A DNA stretch of 59,843 nt from a bacterium (GCA_030647415.1 JAUSKB010000016.1:1-59843); one strand, 5' to 3'. Shown: positions 24,591 through 33,311, numbered from the stretch's first letter. Program-made: numbers and translations. The notes: generated from the sequence alone by a model not told the origin.

Positions 24591-24627
24591 CACAGCAATT
24601 TCCCCACATCCTGCACCGTGACGATGG
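24591..24627 (-). pseudogene. relic copy of the rseP 3' end
   Basis: cacagcaatttccccacatcctgcaccgtgacgatgg matches 25421-25457 at 33/37 positions. It would encode ...TIVTVQDVGKLL, compared with rseP ...AIVTVQDVGKLL*. Confidence 0.8.
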
Positions 24628-24643
24628 TACGGCGGCCCCGTGT

Positions 24644-24952
24644 TTACCCTACGAGGCCGACCTGCTTATCAAATACATTCGCAATCTTGTGCAGTGTTGC
24701 GATCGAGAAACTGTGTGTTCCTGACTCAATCCGGGCAATGACCGACTGGGGCATGTCGGCTTTGGCCGCAACCTCCTTTTGGGTCATCTTCCGTTCCTGG
24801 CGCAATGTTTTGATTTCGTGCGCCAATTGTAATCTGCTCATTTCTTCGGAAAATGTTTTGCGAAATCGCTCACTCTTGAGCTTTTCTTTAATAACCGCAT
24901 CGAGAGAAATTGAATTGTATTTTTTGGCGATTTTTTTCATCTTTTTATGCAC
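24644..24952 (-). CDS. higA: XRE-family HTH antitoxin (HigA-like)
   Basis: ...RQERKMTQKEVAAKADMPQSVIARIESGTHSFSIATLHKIANVF, a Cro/C1-type HTH. Located downstream of the toxin gene. Confidence 0.75.
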   Translation of the reverse strand: MHKKMKKIAKKYNSISLDAVIKEKLKSERFRKTFSEEMSRLQLAHEIKTLRQERKMTQKEVAAKADMPQSVIARIESGTHSFSIATLHKIANVFDKQVGLVG

Positions 24953-24963
24953 GCGATAGATAG

Positions 24964-25257
24964 TCAGCGAGTTATGTCTTTATAGATTTTCTCTGCTCGT
25001 TCGATAATTCGCTTGGGTGTTTTCTGGCTCTTTTTCCTGAAGGCATCTACAACATACCCCGTTGATCCCACGAAGAAAAATACGATTCGATACTGTTTCA
25101 CCACCATTTCCCTAATTTTCCCTTTCAGTGGTTTAATAAGCAATCCTTCTGTGCGATTTTCCTGAAGCGACTTAAGGTGAGCAATAATCTTTGCGGTATC
25201 ATCTTCGGGAATCCTTTCGAGAAAATCGGAGGTGTCATCAAGGATCCGTATATTCAT
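24964..25257 (-). CDS. higB: RelE/ParE-superfamily toxin, Gp49/HigB-like
   Basis: ...GKIREMVVKQYRIVFFFVGSTGYVVDAFRKKSQKTPKRIIERAEK, the typical Gp49-like signature. The toxin-first gene order is as in higBA. Confidence 0.75.
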   Translation of the reverse strand: MNIRILDDTSDFLERIPEDDTAKIIAHLKSLQENRTEGLLIKPLKGKIREMVVKQYRIVFFFVGSTGYVVDAFRKKSQKTPKRIIERAEKIYKDITR

Positions 25258-25381
25258 AGCTTGCGCGCGCTATTTTGTCGACCTTTATACACTAACACCA
25301 ACAGTATAGCAATATTGCTATACTTGTAAAGAGGTGTTGTTCCGTCAGTTTTTGTCTCGTGTTTCGTGTCTCGTTATTATA

Positions 25382-25403
25382 TTATCGAAGTCGGACTTCG
25401 ATA
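25382..25403. repeat. hairpin family H copy 3
   Basis: ttatcgaagtcggacttcgata, 17 nt downstream of the rseP stop. Confidence 0.85.
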
Positions 25404-25419
25404 GATTCGATTTCTACTA

Positions 25420-26481
25420 CTACAGCAGTTTCCCCACGTCCTGCACGGTGACGATGGCCATGAGGAGAAGGAGGGCGGCGAACCCGACGCCGTTTATGGC
25501 TATCTGTACTCGGCGCGGGATGGGGCGCCGAATGAGCTTTTCAACAAGCAACACGAGGACCCGGCCGCCGTCCAAGGCCGGAAACGGAATCAGGTTCAGG
25601 ATGACCAGGTTCAGCGAGATGAGGGCGAGGAGCTGGAAAAAGTAGACCGCGCCGAGCTCGCCCGTGCGGACGGCAAAGCTCACAATACCGACCGGCCCGC
25701 TCACCTTCTGGAGCACGCCGGGCTCCGTAAAAACATTTGTGAGGAGGTACCAGAAGCTCGATGCCACCTCCCCGAGCGTCCGGAAGGTCTGGAAGAAGGC
25801 CTCGGCAATCGCCTGGTGAATCGGGAGGGCCGGAAACCCGATGGAGGTGAGCGCAATACCGAGTGAGCCCTCGCCCGGCGGCGGGGTCGCCCGCCCGACG
25901 AGCGTGACGGTGCGCGTCCCGCCCGCACCGGTGAGTTCAAGCGAGAGCGTCTTCCCCGCCGCGGACCTGGCGAGCGCGACGAATGCGTCGGCGTCTATTG
26001 GGTCCGCGAGCGCCGTCTCTCCCCATGTGGCGCGGGCGATGACATCACCCTGCACGATGCGTGCTTCAGCCGCGGGCGAACCGGACGAGACGCCACCCAC
26101 GATGAGATGCTCCGGCGCGCCGGCGGCGAAGACACCCGTCAAAATTACAAATCCGAAGAGGACGTTCATCGCTACACCCGCAAGGAGAATACCGATCCGC
26201 TTCCAGAGTGGTTTCGCTCCAAAGCGCCGTTCCGGCTCATCGCCCACCTCCTCTTCCGACTTCCCAGCCGGCTGTTCCCCGTGGATGCGCACGAACCCGC
26301 CAAACGGCAGGGCGTTCACGCTGTATGTCGTCTCGCCCACCGTCCGGCTCCAGAGCCGCGGCGGGAACCCGATACCAAACTCGTCCACGCGCACTCCGGC
26401 CGCCTTTGCCGCCAAAAAATGGCCCAGCTCATGGACCAGGATGACGAGCGACAAACCGATGATGGATAAAAAAATAATCAT
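25420..26481 (-). CDS. rseP: RIP metalloprotease RseP (site-2 protease, M50)
   Basis: HELGHF zinc motif in the first TM helix, a PDZ-like middle region, and the C-terminal motif LNLIPFPALDGG. Confidence 0.92.
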   Translation of the reverse strand: MIIFLSIIGLSLVILVHELGHFLAAKAAGVRVDEFGIGFPPRLWSRTVGETTYSVNALPFGGFVRIHGEQPAGKSEEEVGDEPERRFGAKPLWKRIGILLAGVAMNVLFGFVILTGVFAAGAPEHLIVGGVSSGSPAAEARIVQGDVIARATWGETALADPIDADAFVALARSAAGKTLSLELTGAGGTRTVTLVGRATPPPGEGSLGIALTSIGFPALPIHQAIAEAFFQTFRTLGEVASSFWYLLTNVFTEPGVLQKVSGPVGIVSFAVRTGELGAVYFFQLLALISLNLVILNLIPFPALDGGRVLVLLVEKLIRRPIPRRVQIAINGVGFAALLLLMAIVTVQDVGKLL

Positions 26482-26482
26482 A

Positions 26483-26572
26483 ATTCCTAATTTCTAATTA
26501 CCAATTTCTAATTACCAATCACAAACCAGAAATCCCCATTGGATATTAGAAATTGGAAATTAGTAATTTTAT
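26483..26572. repeat. spacer-filling imperfect palindrome (ctaat/attag words)
   Basis: ctaatttctaattaccaatttctaattaccaat ... attggatattagaaattggaaattag. The arms are colinear. It fills the gap between the rseP start and the frr stop. Confidence 0.75.
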
Positions 26573-26574
26573 CT

Positions 26575-27123
26575 TTACTCTCTAATCTCCCCTTCCTTCT
26601 TCTCGACCAGCGAGTCAATGAGCTTGTTCGCCGTATCCACCGCCTCCTGGATCTGGTCCTTGAACATGAACTTCCGATCCTCAGGCACCTCGCCATCGGA
26701 GAATCCCTGCTGGACCGACTTATTCGCCTCATCGCGCGCGTGCCGGATCTGGATGCGGTGGTCCTCCGCGAGCCGTTTCGTGTGCTTCACAAGCTCCTCG
26801 CGCCGCTCCTCGGAAAGTTCCGGGAGCCGCACCCGGACGGTAAGCCCATCCGCGGTCGCGCTCACATGGAGTGAGGAGGTTTCGATCGCCTTTATGATGC
26901 CCGGTATCGCTTCTTTATCCCACGCTTGGATGACGATGTCCCGCGGCGGCATGACGCCAACGGAGGCAACCTGCTTCAGGGGCAGGAGCTCCCCGTAGTA
27001 CATGACCCTCAGGTCCTCCACCAGCCCCGGCGAGGGCCGCCCCGTGCGGATTCCGGCAAACTCCTTCGTGAGACTGTCAGTGATGGGCTTCAGTGCGGCT
27101 CGAAAATTTTCGATGCTAAACAT
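26575..27123 (-). CDS. frr: ribosome recycling factor
   Basis: 182 aa; ...EFAGIRTGRPSPGLVEDLRVMYYGELLPLKQVASV... Confidence 0.93.
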   Translation of the reverse strand: MFSIENFRAALKPITDSLTKEFAGIRTGRPSPGLVEDLRVMYYGELLPLKQVASVGVMPPRDIVIQAWDKEAIPGIIKAIETSSLHVSATADGLTVRVRLPELSEERREELVKHTKRLAEDHRIQIRHARDEANKSVQQGFSDGEVPEDRKFMFKDQIQEAVDTANKLIDSLVEKKEGEIRE

Positions 27124-27152
27124 GTGTGTTTATATTACTTCATCCGAGCCCT

Positions 27153-27190
27153 CAAGGCGAAACCTCAGAATTCCCCGAGGTTTCGCCTTG
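27153..27190. repeat. hairpin family B, copy B2 (contains the holB stop codon in its loop)
   Basis: caaggcgaaacctc-agaattcccc-gaggtttcgccttg, a 14-bp perfect stem. Confidence 0.88.
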
Positions 27191-28019
27191 GGAGCCGCCC
27201 CAAACGCTCCCGGATTGCCCGCTCCTGAAGCACCGGATTCACATTGAACCGGCGGACCAGCTCGAGCCGTTCCGCAAGCCACGCAAGTCTGCCCGGCTGG
27301 CCCGCCCGACCGGACGACTGCGGTCGTTCGGGCAGGTACCCCCGAAATCCGTTCGCGTGCGCCTCGACGAGCATCCGCTCGATCTCGGCGCCAGGATCTC
27401 GAGGCGAAACCTCGGAATCTCCTAGAGGTTTCGCCTCCGGCTTCGACAGCTCGAGCGCACAACCGATGCTTCCGAACGACCGCGCGGCGATGCGGGAAGC
27501 TGCCGCGGGTGAACAGCTACGATGCTGAAGTAAAAATCGCTCCACATGAGCCGCAGGTAGCCGCGGCACGTACACGACGGAAAGCCGTGAACGGAGCGGC
27601 GGAGTGAGTAGGTCTGCCTGGCTCGTCACGACAAGGAGCAGCGCATGTGGCGGTGGTTCCTCGACAATCTTCAAGAGCGCGCCCTGCGCCTCGGGGGTGA
27701 GCGCCTCGGCACCGTCGATGACCACAGTCCGGCGCGGAGACCGAAACGGCGTCTGCCAGAGGAACCTACGGATGTCACGGATAGCATCGATACCAATCGT
27801 CCTATTTTCTCCTGGTGCGGTCGTTGTGATATCCATGAGCGCTGCCGCACCGAACTCGAAGCTACCACACTCAAGGTACGCGGCAAACGATGCCGCGAAT
27901 GTTGCCTTCCCGATACCGCGGTCGCCGACAAAACAGTAGGCGTGCGTTAGCGTGCCCTCCCGCGAGAGGCGGGCGAATATCGCAGTAAGTTTATCGTACC
28001 CTACTAGAGTGGATGACAT
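27165..28019 (-). CDS. holB: DNA polymerase III delta-prime subunit (clamp-loader AAA+)
   Basis: HAYCFVGDRGIGKATFA P-loop, VVIDGAEALTPEAQGALLKIVEEPP. The C-terminus runs through two B hairpins. Confidence 0.8.
   Translation of the reverse strand: MSSTLVGYDKLTAIFARLSREGTLTHAYCFVGDRGIGKATFAASFAAYLECGSFEFGAAALMDITTTAPGENRTIGIDAIRDIRRFLWQTPFRSPRRTVVIDGAEALTPEAQGALLKIVEEPPPHALLLVVTSQADLLTPPLRSRLSVVYVPRLPAAHVERFLLQHRSCSPAAASRIAARSFGSIGCALELSKPEAKPLGDSEVSPRDPGAEIERMLVEAHANGFRGYLPERPQSSGRAGQPGRLAWLAERLELVRRFNVNPVLQERAIRERLGRLPRRNLGEF
27400..27436. repeat. hairpin family B, copy B3 (in-frame inside holB)
   Basis: gaggcgaaacctc...gaggtttcgcctc; translated as EAKPLGDSEVSPR. Confidence 0.85.
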
Positions 28020-28020
28020 A

Positions 28021-28150
28021 AAATCCTAAATCCTAATTTCTAAACTCTAAACAAATTCGAAACTCTAAATCTCAAACAATGCGAAGGGCTCTGAATCCGT
28101 TTCGAATTTCGTGCTTGGGATTTGTTTAGAATTTAGGATTTAGTGCTTAG
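28021..28150. repeat. spacer-filling imperfect palindrome (ctaaa/tttag words)
   Basis: aaatcctaaatcctaatttctaaactctaaacaaattcgaaac ... gtttcgaatttcg..gatttgtttagaatttaggattt. It fills the gap between the holB start and the mreB2 stop. Confidence 0.75.
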
Positions 28151-28153
28151 AGT

Positions 28154-29161
28154 TTACCTTTTAGAGAGCAGTGTCCGCTTGTAGACATCGAGGTGGTTTA
28201 AAATGGTGGCCGTCCCCTTCGCCACGCATAAAATCGCGTCTTCCGCCACATAGGCGGCGACGCCGAGCGAGCGCTTGAAGAACTCCTGAAGGTCACGGAG
28301 CTGGGCGCTACCGCCGGACAGGATAATCCCCTTCTCCATGATGTCGGCGGCGAGCTCCGGCGGCGTCACATTGAAGACGGACTGGACCGCGTTCATGATC
28401 TCCACGAGGTGGGGATTGATGGCCTCCGAAACCTCGTTCGACGTGATGGTAAGGTCTTTCGGGAGCCCCGAGGGGAGGTCTCGGCCGCGCACCTTCATCT
28501 CGATCTTCGAGCGGTTCGAAAGCGCCGTCCCCACCCCAATCTTCACGTTCTCCGCCGTCGTGTCCCCGATGGCAAGCCCATATTTCTTCCGGATATAGTC
28601 GCTGATGGACTGGTCGAACCGGTTTCCGGCGACCCGAAGCGAGGACCAGGTCACGATGCCGCCCAGGGAGATGACGGCAACCTCCGTCGTGCCGCCACCC
28701 ATGTTCACAATCATATTCCCCTCCGCCGAGTGGATGGGGATGCCCGCGCCGAGTGCCGCGAGGAGCGGCTCCTTCACGAGGTAAACCTCGCGCGCACCCG
28801 CCTCCTTCGCCGCGTTCATCACGGCGCGGTACTCGGTCGAGGTAATGCCCGCCGGCACCGAGATGACCACCTCGGGCCGGAACAGGTTCAGGGAGCCGAT
28901 GCTCTTCGCAATGAAGTACTTCAGCATCGCCCGCGTGATGTAGTACTCGGCGATGACACCATCTTTCAGGGGCCGGTAGGTCACGATGTTGTCCGGCGTG
29001 CGGCCGACCATCTCCTTCGCCTCGGTGCCCACGGCGAGCACGGTGTTGTCGGGCAGTCGGAGTGCGACGGCCGTCGGCTCGTTGATGACGATACCCTTGT
29101 CCGGCAGGAAGACAATCGTGTTCGTCGTGCCGAGGTCGATGCCAATCTTGCGGATGAACAT
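28154..29161 (-). CDS. MreB/Mbl paralogue (second actin-like rod-shape protein)
   Basis: [18 protein letters not shown]..., NMGGGTTEVAVISLGG, SGGSAQLRDL. Confidence 0.93.
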   Translation of the reverse strand: MFIRKIGIDLGTTNTIVFLPDKGIVINEPTAVALRLPDNTVLAVGTEAKEMVGRTPDNIVTYRPLKDGVIAEYYITRAMLKYFIAKSIGSLNLFRPEVVISVPAGITSTEYRAVMNAAKEAGAREVYLVKEPLLAALGAGIPIHSAEGNMIVNMGGGTTEVAVISLGGIVTWSSLRVAGNRFDQSISDYIRKKYGLAIGDTTAENVKIGVGTALSNRSKIEMKVRGRDLPSGLPKDLTITSNEVSEAINPHLVEIMNAVQSVFNVTPPELAADIMEKGIILSGGSAQLRDLQEFFKRSLGVAAYVAEDAILCVAKGTATILNHLDVYKRTLLSKR

Positions 29162-29318
29162 GAGTGGAGGAGAGTAATCAGTAATTGGTAAAAGGTAATT
29201 GGAGGCTCAAAACCAACATACGCGAGTTCCTATTACCTATTACTTGCTACTTATTACCTGTTACCAAGTACCTATTTCTATCCACCCCACTTTACCGCCA
29301 TAGCGCCGTTTTCGCAAG

Positions 29319-29349
29319 CAAAAAGCCGCCATATACTGAAATGGCGGCT
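29319..29349 (-). terminator. rho-independent terminator of 29372..29584
   Basis: Minus strand: agccgccat-ttcagtat-atggcggct followed by TTTTT. Confidence 0.6.
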
Positions 29350-29371
29350 CCCTCCTTAAAACCCCCCCCAC

Positions 29372-29584
29372 CTATCCAGATACGAAGGTTATATACAGGA
29401 ATGCCTCAACAATGCGCCGGGGAATTCCACAAGAATGCATATTTCGGGCGATGTCCGACGGCTTCTGACCAACGAACGAATGGCAGAACTTTCGAGCGGC
29501 AGTATCAATCTCCGATTGACGAGAAGATCCCGTTGGTCGATACATTCCATTCCAAAGTAATTTCACATCACTCTGATCGATCAT
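29372..29584 (-). CDS. small hypothetical protein (possible HTH)
   Basis: The ATG at 29582-29584 has a perfect AGGAGG 5 nt upstream, and the gene has its own terminator. Sequence MIDQSDVKLL...GQKPSDIARNMHSCGIPRRIVEAF. Low GC. Confidence 0.5.
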   Translation of the reverse strand: MIDQSDVKLLWNGMYRPTGSSRQSEIDTAARKFCHSFVGQKPSDIARNMHSCGIPRRIVEAFLYITFVSG

Positions 29585-29697
29585 ACTTCCTCCTAAGATG
29601 TTTGAAATTCTTAACACTGAGAAACATAATACTTTGTAATCTAATTTTTGTCAATAATGCGCGGCGCGCGGCGAAGTCGTAAACTGAACCCTGACAC

Positions 29698-31125
29698 ATG
29701 CCCCTCCGGCTCCGGAAAACCTTCTTCTACCTCTGCCTCGTCGCCTTCCTCGCCGTCGGCGGCTACCTCGTACTCTTCACGCGGGGGCTCGTCTTCGACC
29801 TGCGGCACTTTGAGCTCGTCCCCACGGGCGCGCTCTACCTGAAATTCACCCCGTCCGACGCGACACTCCTCGTGAACGGCAAGGAGCGGCCGGCCGGCGC
29901 CAACATCCTCTCCCCCGGCACATTCGTGGACAACCTCGCGCCCGGCACATACACAGTCACCGTGACCCGTCCGAATTTTTCGACGTGGACAAAGGCGCTC
30001 ACGGTATCTTCGACAATGGTGACCGCCGCAAGCCACATCCGACTCTGGCCCACTCACGCCCCCGCCACACCCGTCGCCATCGATATCGCGAATTTTTGGC
30101 TCACCGGGGAAGGTGCGGTGCTCCAAGATGCCTCGGGGACGTTGCGGCTCGCGCGTCGAACCATTCGCGGCTCCACAGTCGTTGAAAGCGACCAGGGTTC
30201 ATCACGACTCCTGACTGAGGGGCAGGGCCAGTTCTACCTCATGGATCTCTCGGCGCCGGACACCACAACAAATATTTCGGCACTCTTCGTCTCCCTCCGT
30301 AGCAGGACTATTTCACCAGTTGGTCCTGTTGCAACCGGCACACTGGTACGGTCGGGTTCGACTACCTCAACAAACTTATTGCAAGCAAGCTCGCCGCAAG
30401 CCGAACACGTCCGCGCCGTCCTCCTGCATCCCTTCAGCGGACAGAAGCTTATTGTCGGCACCGATGCTGGCCTCTACGAGCTCGACACAAAAAAGGTTTC
30501 ACTCGAACGGCTCGCGAGCGTGGACCGATTCACCGCGCTCGCAAAGAGCGGCGGTGATGCGTTTATTATGAACGGTTCGAGCACGATGACAGTGGTGAAT
30601 CTTATCCTCCATACCAGCGTCACCTACGCGTTCCCGCTTTCTTCCGGGCTTCGGTCGCTCATCGCTTCGCCAAACGGGAGCTACCTCGCGGCGATTTCCG
30701 ATACCGGCGTCCTGTCGGTGCTGGACCGGACCGCCGGGACATTCACGCCCGTCGCGCACAACGTCGTAACTGCTACCATCGCCCCGGATAACACAGCGCT
30801 CATCTTTCTCTCAACCGACGGGCGCTTGAACCTGTACTACCTCTCGGACGTCGCCGGGGACGAGCTTTTCACTGCGGGGCAGCTCACGGCGAGCGCCGGC
30901 CCGCTGCCGGTGCCGCCGGCGGGAACGCTCACCGCGCTTCCAAGTTTCTCCGGAACGGTGCTGGTACAAGCCAGCGGCACGTTGCTTGCCGCGGAGACCG
31001 ACCTCCGCGGACAGGTCAACAGCACCGCCCTCGCCGCGCACGTCCGTTCGTTTGCGATTCGCGACACCACCCTCTACCTGCTCTCGACCGACGGTACCTT
31101 GAGCTCCATGAACCTCGCGCCGTGA
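29698..31125 (+). CDS. membrane-anchored PEGA-domain / beta-propeller-like protein
   Basis: N-terminal TM helix (FFYLCLVAFLAVGGYLVLF), a PEGA-like segment (ATLLVNGKERPAG...LAPGTYTVTVTRPNFSTW), and repetitive beta-rich sequence downstream. Confidence 0.6.
   Translation: MPLRLRKTFFYLCLVAFLAVGGYLVLFTRGLVFDLRHFELVPTGALYLKFTPSDATLLVNGKERPAGANILSPGTFVDNLAPGTYTVTVTRPNFSTWTKALTVSSTMVTAASHIRLWPTHAPATPVAIDIANFWLTGEGAVLQDASGTLRLARRTIRGSTVVESDQGSSRLLTEGQGQFYLMDLSAPDTTTNISALFVSLRSRTISPVGPVATGTLVRSGSTTSTNLLQASSPQAEHVRAVLLHPFSGQKLIVGTDAGLYELDTKKVSLERLASVDRFTALAKSGGDAFIMNGSSTMTVVNLILHTSVTYAFPLSSGLRSLIASPNGSYLAAISDTGVLSVLDRTAGTFTPVAHNVVTATIAPDNTALIFLSTDGRLNLYYLSDVAGDELFTAGQLTASAGPLPVPPAGTLTALPSFSGTVLVQASGTLLAAETDLRGQVNSTALAAHVRSFAIRDTTLYLLSTDGTLSSMNLAP
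31023..31125. repeat. 103-bp direct repeat, copy 1 (functional 3' end of 29698..31125)
   Basis: caccgccctcgccgcgcacgtccgttcgtttgcgattcgcgacaccaccctctacctgctctcgaccgacggtaccttgag... recurs at 31838-31940. Confidence 0.9.
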
Positions 31126-31151
31126 GCTACGGCCGGGGTACCCATGCATCT

Positions 31152-31745
31152 ATGAAAAACTATCAGAATATAAAAGCGATTGCATTTGATTTCTGGGACG
31201 TCTTTGCAACTATGAATCCCCCCATGAACCATTACCTGGAAGAACGTGGCGTCTCAATTAAAAAATACTTAGACAAAATTCACAATCTTATCGTATCCCA
31301 CGACCTTGGAAAGATAGACGAAAAGCAGTTCCTTCAGGCATGCTCTCGAATAGTGGGGGTGGAAATCCCGTACGACCAGTGCCGGTACATATACCGAGAT
31401 GGGACCTTGAACGCGCCGCTAATTGAGATTATAAAAAAACTGAAGGCGAGATATAAAATCGCGCTTCTCTCGAATAATAATAGAGAATATGTCCAAGAGC
31501 ACATTTACAAGCCCGGCTTGGATAAACTTTTCGACGTAATGGTCGTTTCCTACGAAGCGGGCTACCAAAAACCTGCCCCTGAAATATACAAAAGCCTCAT
31601 TCAGAAGCTGCAAGTAGAACCAAGCGAGATACTGTTTCTTGATGACGACACAGGAAAGTTAGGAGCGGCAGAGGTGCAAGGAATCCAAACGCTTGCTTAC
31701 AAAGGAGAGGAAACAGATAAAATCCTGGAACACTTTTCTAGTTAG
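31152..31745 (+). CDS. HAD-superfamily hydrolase
   Basis: Motif I AFDFWDVF, motif II LLSNNN, motif IV FLDDDTGKLGAAE. Low GC relative to neighbours. Confidence 0.7.
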   Translation: MKNYQNIKAIAFDFWDVFATMNPPMNHYLEERGVSIKKYLDKIHNLIVSHDLGKIDEKQFLQACSRIVGVEIPYDQCRYIYRDGTLNAPLIEIIKKLKARYKIALLSNNNREYVQEHIYKPGLDKLFDVMVVSYEAGYQKPAPEIYKSLIQKLQVEPSEILFLDDDTGKLGAAEVQGIQTLAYKGEETDKILEHFSS

Positions 31746-31811
31746 AAAGTCCTGCCTACCAGTAGGCAGGCTCGGTTCGTTCCACCAACAGGCGGACCTG
31801 TCTTGGGGAGT

Positions 31812-31833
31812 GTGGTATGACATGTACCACCCC
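31812..31833. repeat. family P palindrome, degenerate copy 2
   Basis: gtggtatgacatgtaccacc. Confidence 0.6.
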
Positions 31834-31837
31834 TTTC

Positions 31838-31940
31838 CACCGCCCTCGCCGCGCACGTCCGTTCGTTTGCGGTTCGCGACACCACCCTCTACCTGCTCTC
31901 GACCGACGGTACCTTGAGTTCCCTGGATCTCTCGCCGTAG
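31838..31940 (+). pseudogene. 103-bp direct repeat, copy 2 (orphaned 3' end of 29698..31125)
   Basis: Near-identical over the first approximately 80 bp, diverging in the last approximately 20 bp. It ends in its own in-frame stop (tag at 31938-31940). Confidence 0.85.
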
Positions 31941-32229
31941 ATACGAGCTTGAGCGTCAAAGGGGGGTTATAAAGGAAGCGAGTTGAAAAAACTTGCGTTT
32001 TCTTTATATTTATGTTTCCATGAAAACAGTTAAAATCCCATTCACAAAATAGGAGAGGAAGTTGGAAGAAACCATTGGGCGTGTCTCTGGACTCATCGTA
32101 GTCCTGAGCGTCGTGCCCTATGCCATTCGGACATGGCAAGGGAAGGTACACCCGAACCCCACAAGCTGGTTCCTCTGGACTCTCATAGGGTTCGTGCTTC
32201 TTGTTACCTACCGTGACTCCGGCGCAACG

Positions 32230-33311
32230 GGGTTAAGGAAACTTTCGTGTGGGTAAGGACAGGCAAAAGCGCTTGATGTCGTCGAGCTCTTTTGCCTGTT
32301 TTGACAGCAAGATAGACATACGCAAGTCTATCTTGCATGAAACACCCATACTGCCCAGGCTGTTCGCGTCGCATGGAGCGCCACGGAAAAACAGCGGCGG
32401 GTACCGAACGGTACCGCTGTCCAAAGTGTCGGAAGACCACTGTCATCCACCGAACGGACACCCGGAAGCGGCATCTCCGCGACCACTTTGTCGACTGGCT
32501 CACCGGCACGGACTCAAAGCAAAAGATCGCCGAGAAGCTCGGCGTTTCCCGTCAGGCATTATCTAAGGAGTTCCAGCAGTTCTTCGGCGTTGGCCTCGAG
32601 CCGCCGATTCCCACCGAACTCACGGCGAGGATCCTCATCGTGGACGGCACGTACATTGAGGGGCGGGCACTCTGCGCTCTGGTCGCCGTGACGGAGCGGG
32701 ACCGGATCTTTTGGCGGTTCGCCACAGAAGAGCGCTACGGCACCTGGCTCGCCTTCCTCGAGTCGTTCCCGCCACCGAAGGTTGTTGTGGCCGACGGTCA
32801 GAAAGGCATGCAGCGCTTCGTGAAACATCACTGGCCTCAAACCGCCTTCCAGCGCTGTCACTTCCATCTGGTCATGCTCGTCACCCACTATCTCACCCGG
32901 AATCCCTCGGAAGAGGTGGGGCGAGACATTCTCGACCTCGTGCATCGTCTTAAGTATGTGAAAGCGCCTGCAGAGCGCGACCGGTGGCTCCTACTCCACC
33001 GAATCTGGGAAAAACGGTACGAAAAGGTTTTCGCCGAACGAACCGCAGGAGGAGTATACGCACATCGGAAGCTACGAAGCGTACGGTCGGTGCTCCGCCG
33101 CGCCACACCCCAGCTCTTCACGTATTTGGACTACCCAGGGTGCCCAAACACGACCAACCTCGTTGAGGGATGGGTGAATACCGCGATTGCGGAAGGCATC
33201 GGCAGGCACCGGGGACTCACCCTGGAAAAGAAGAAAACGCTCGTGTCGGTTATCCTCTCGAATTTGAAGCGGCCGACGAGAGAAAAACCCACACGAAAGT
33301 TTCCTTAACCC
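32230..33311 (+). mobile_element. IS1-family insertion sequence (single-ORF type), 1082 bp
   Basis: Perfect 25-bp TIRs gggttaaggaaactttcgtgtgggt (32230-32254 / 33287-33311). 8-bp TSD gcgcaacg (32222-32229 / 33312-33319). Confidence 0.9.
32337..33308 (+). CDS. IS1-family transposase
   Basis: The N-terminal zinc ribbon CPGCSRRMERHGKTAAGTERYRCPKCRKT mirrors IS1 InsA (CPSC..NGKSTAGHQRYLCSHCRKT). DDE-like region ILIVDGTY...VVADGQKG...TNLVEGW. Confidence 0.75.
   Translation: MKHPYCPGCSRRMERHGKTAAGTERYRCPKCRKTTVIHRTDTRKRHLRDHFVDWLTGTDSKQKIAEKLGVSRQALSKEFQQFFGVGLEPPIPTELTARILIVDGTYIEGRALCALVAVTERDRIFWRFATEERYGTWLAFLESFPPPKVVVADGQKGMQRFVKHHWPQTAFQRCHFHLVMLVTHYLTRNPSEEVGRDILDLVHRLKYVKAPAERDRWLLLHRIWEKRYEKVFAERTAGGVYAHRKLRSVRSVLRRATPQLFTYLDYPGCPNTTNLVEGWVNTAIAEGIGRHRGLTLEKKKTLVSVILSNLKRPTREKPTRKFP

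Noticed and set aside
29185-29682. 165-aa plus-strand ORF in the mreB2 / PEGA intergenic region.
   Set aside because: It runs through word-type spacer DNA and a terminator hairpin. The minus-strand small gene 29372..29584, with a perfect SD and terminator, explains the region better.
31023-31940. Diversity-generating retroelement template/variable repeat pair.
   Set aside because: No reverse transcriptase is nearby. The mismatches are clustered at one end and are not adenine-specific. The geometry fits an insertion duplication instead.
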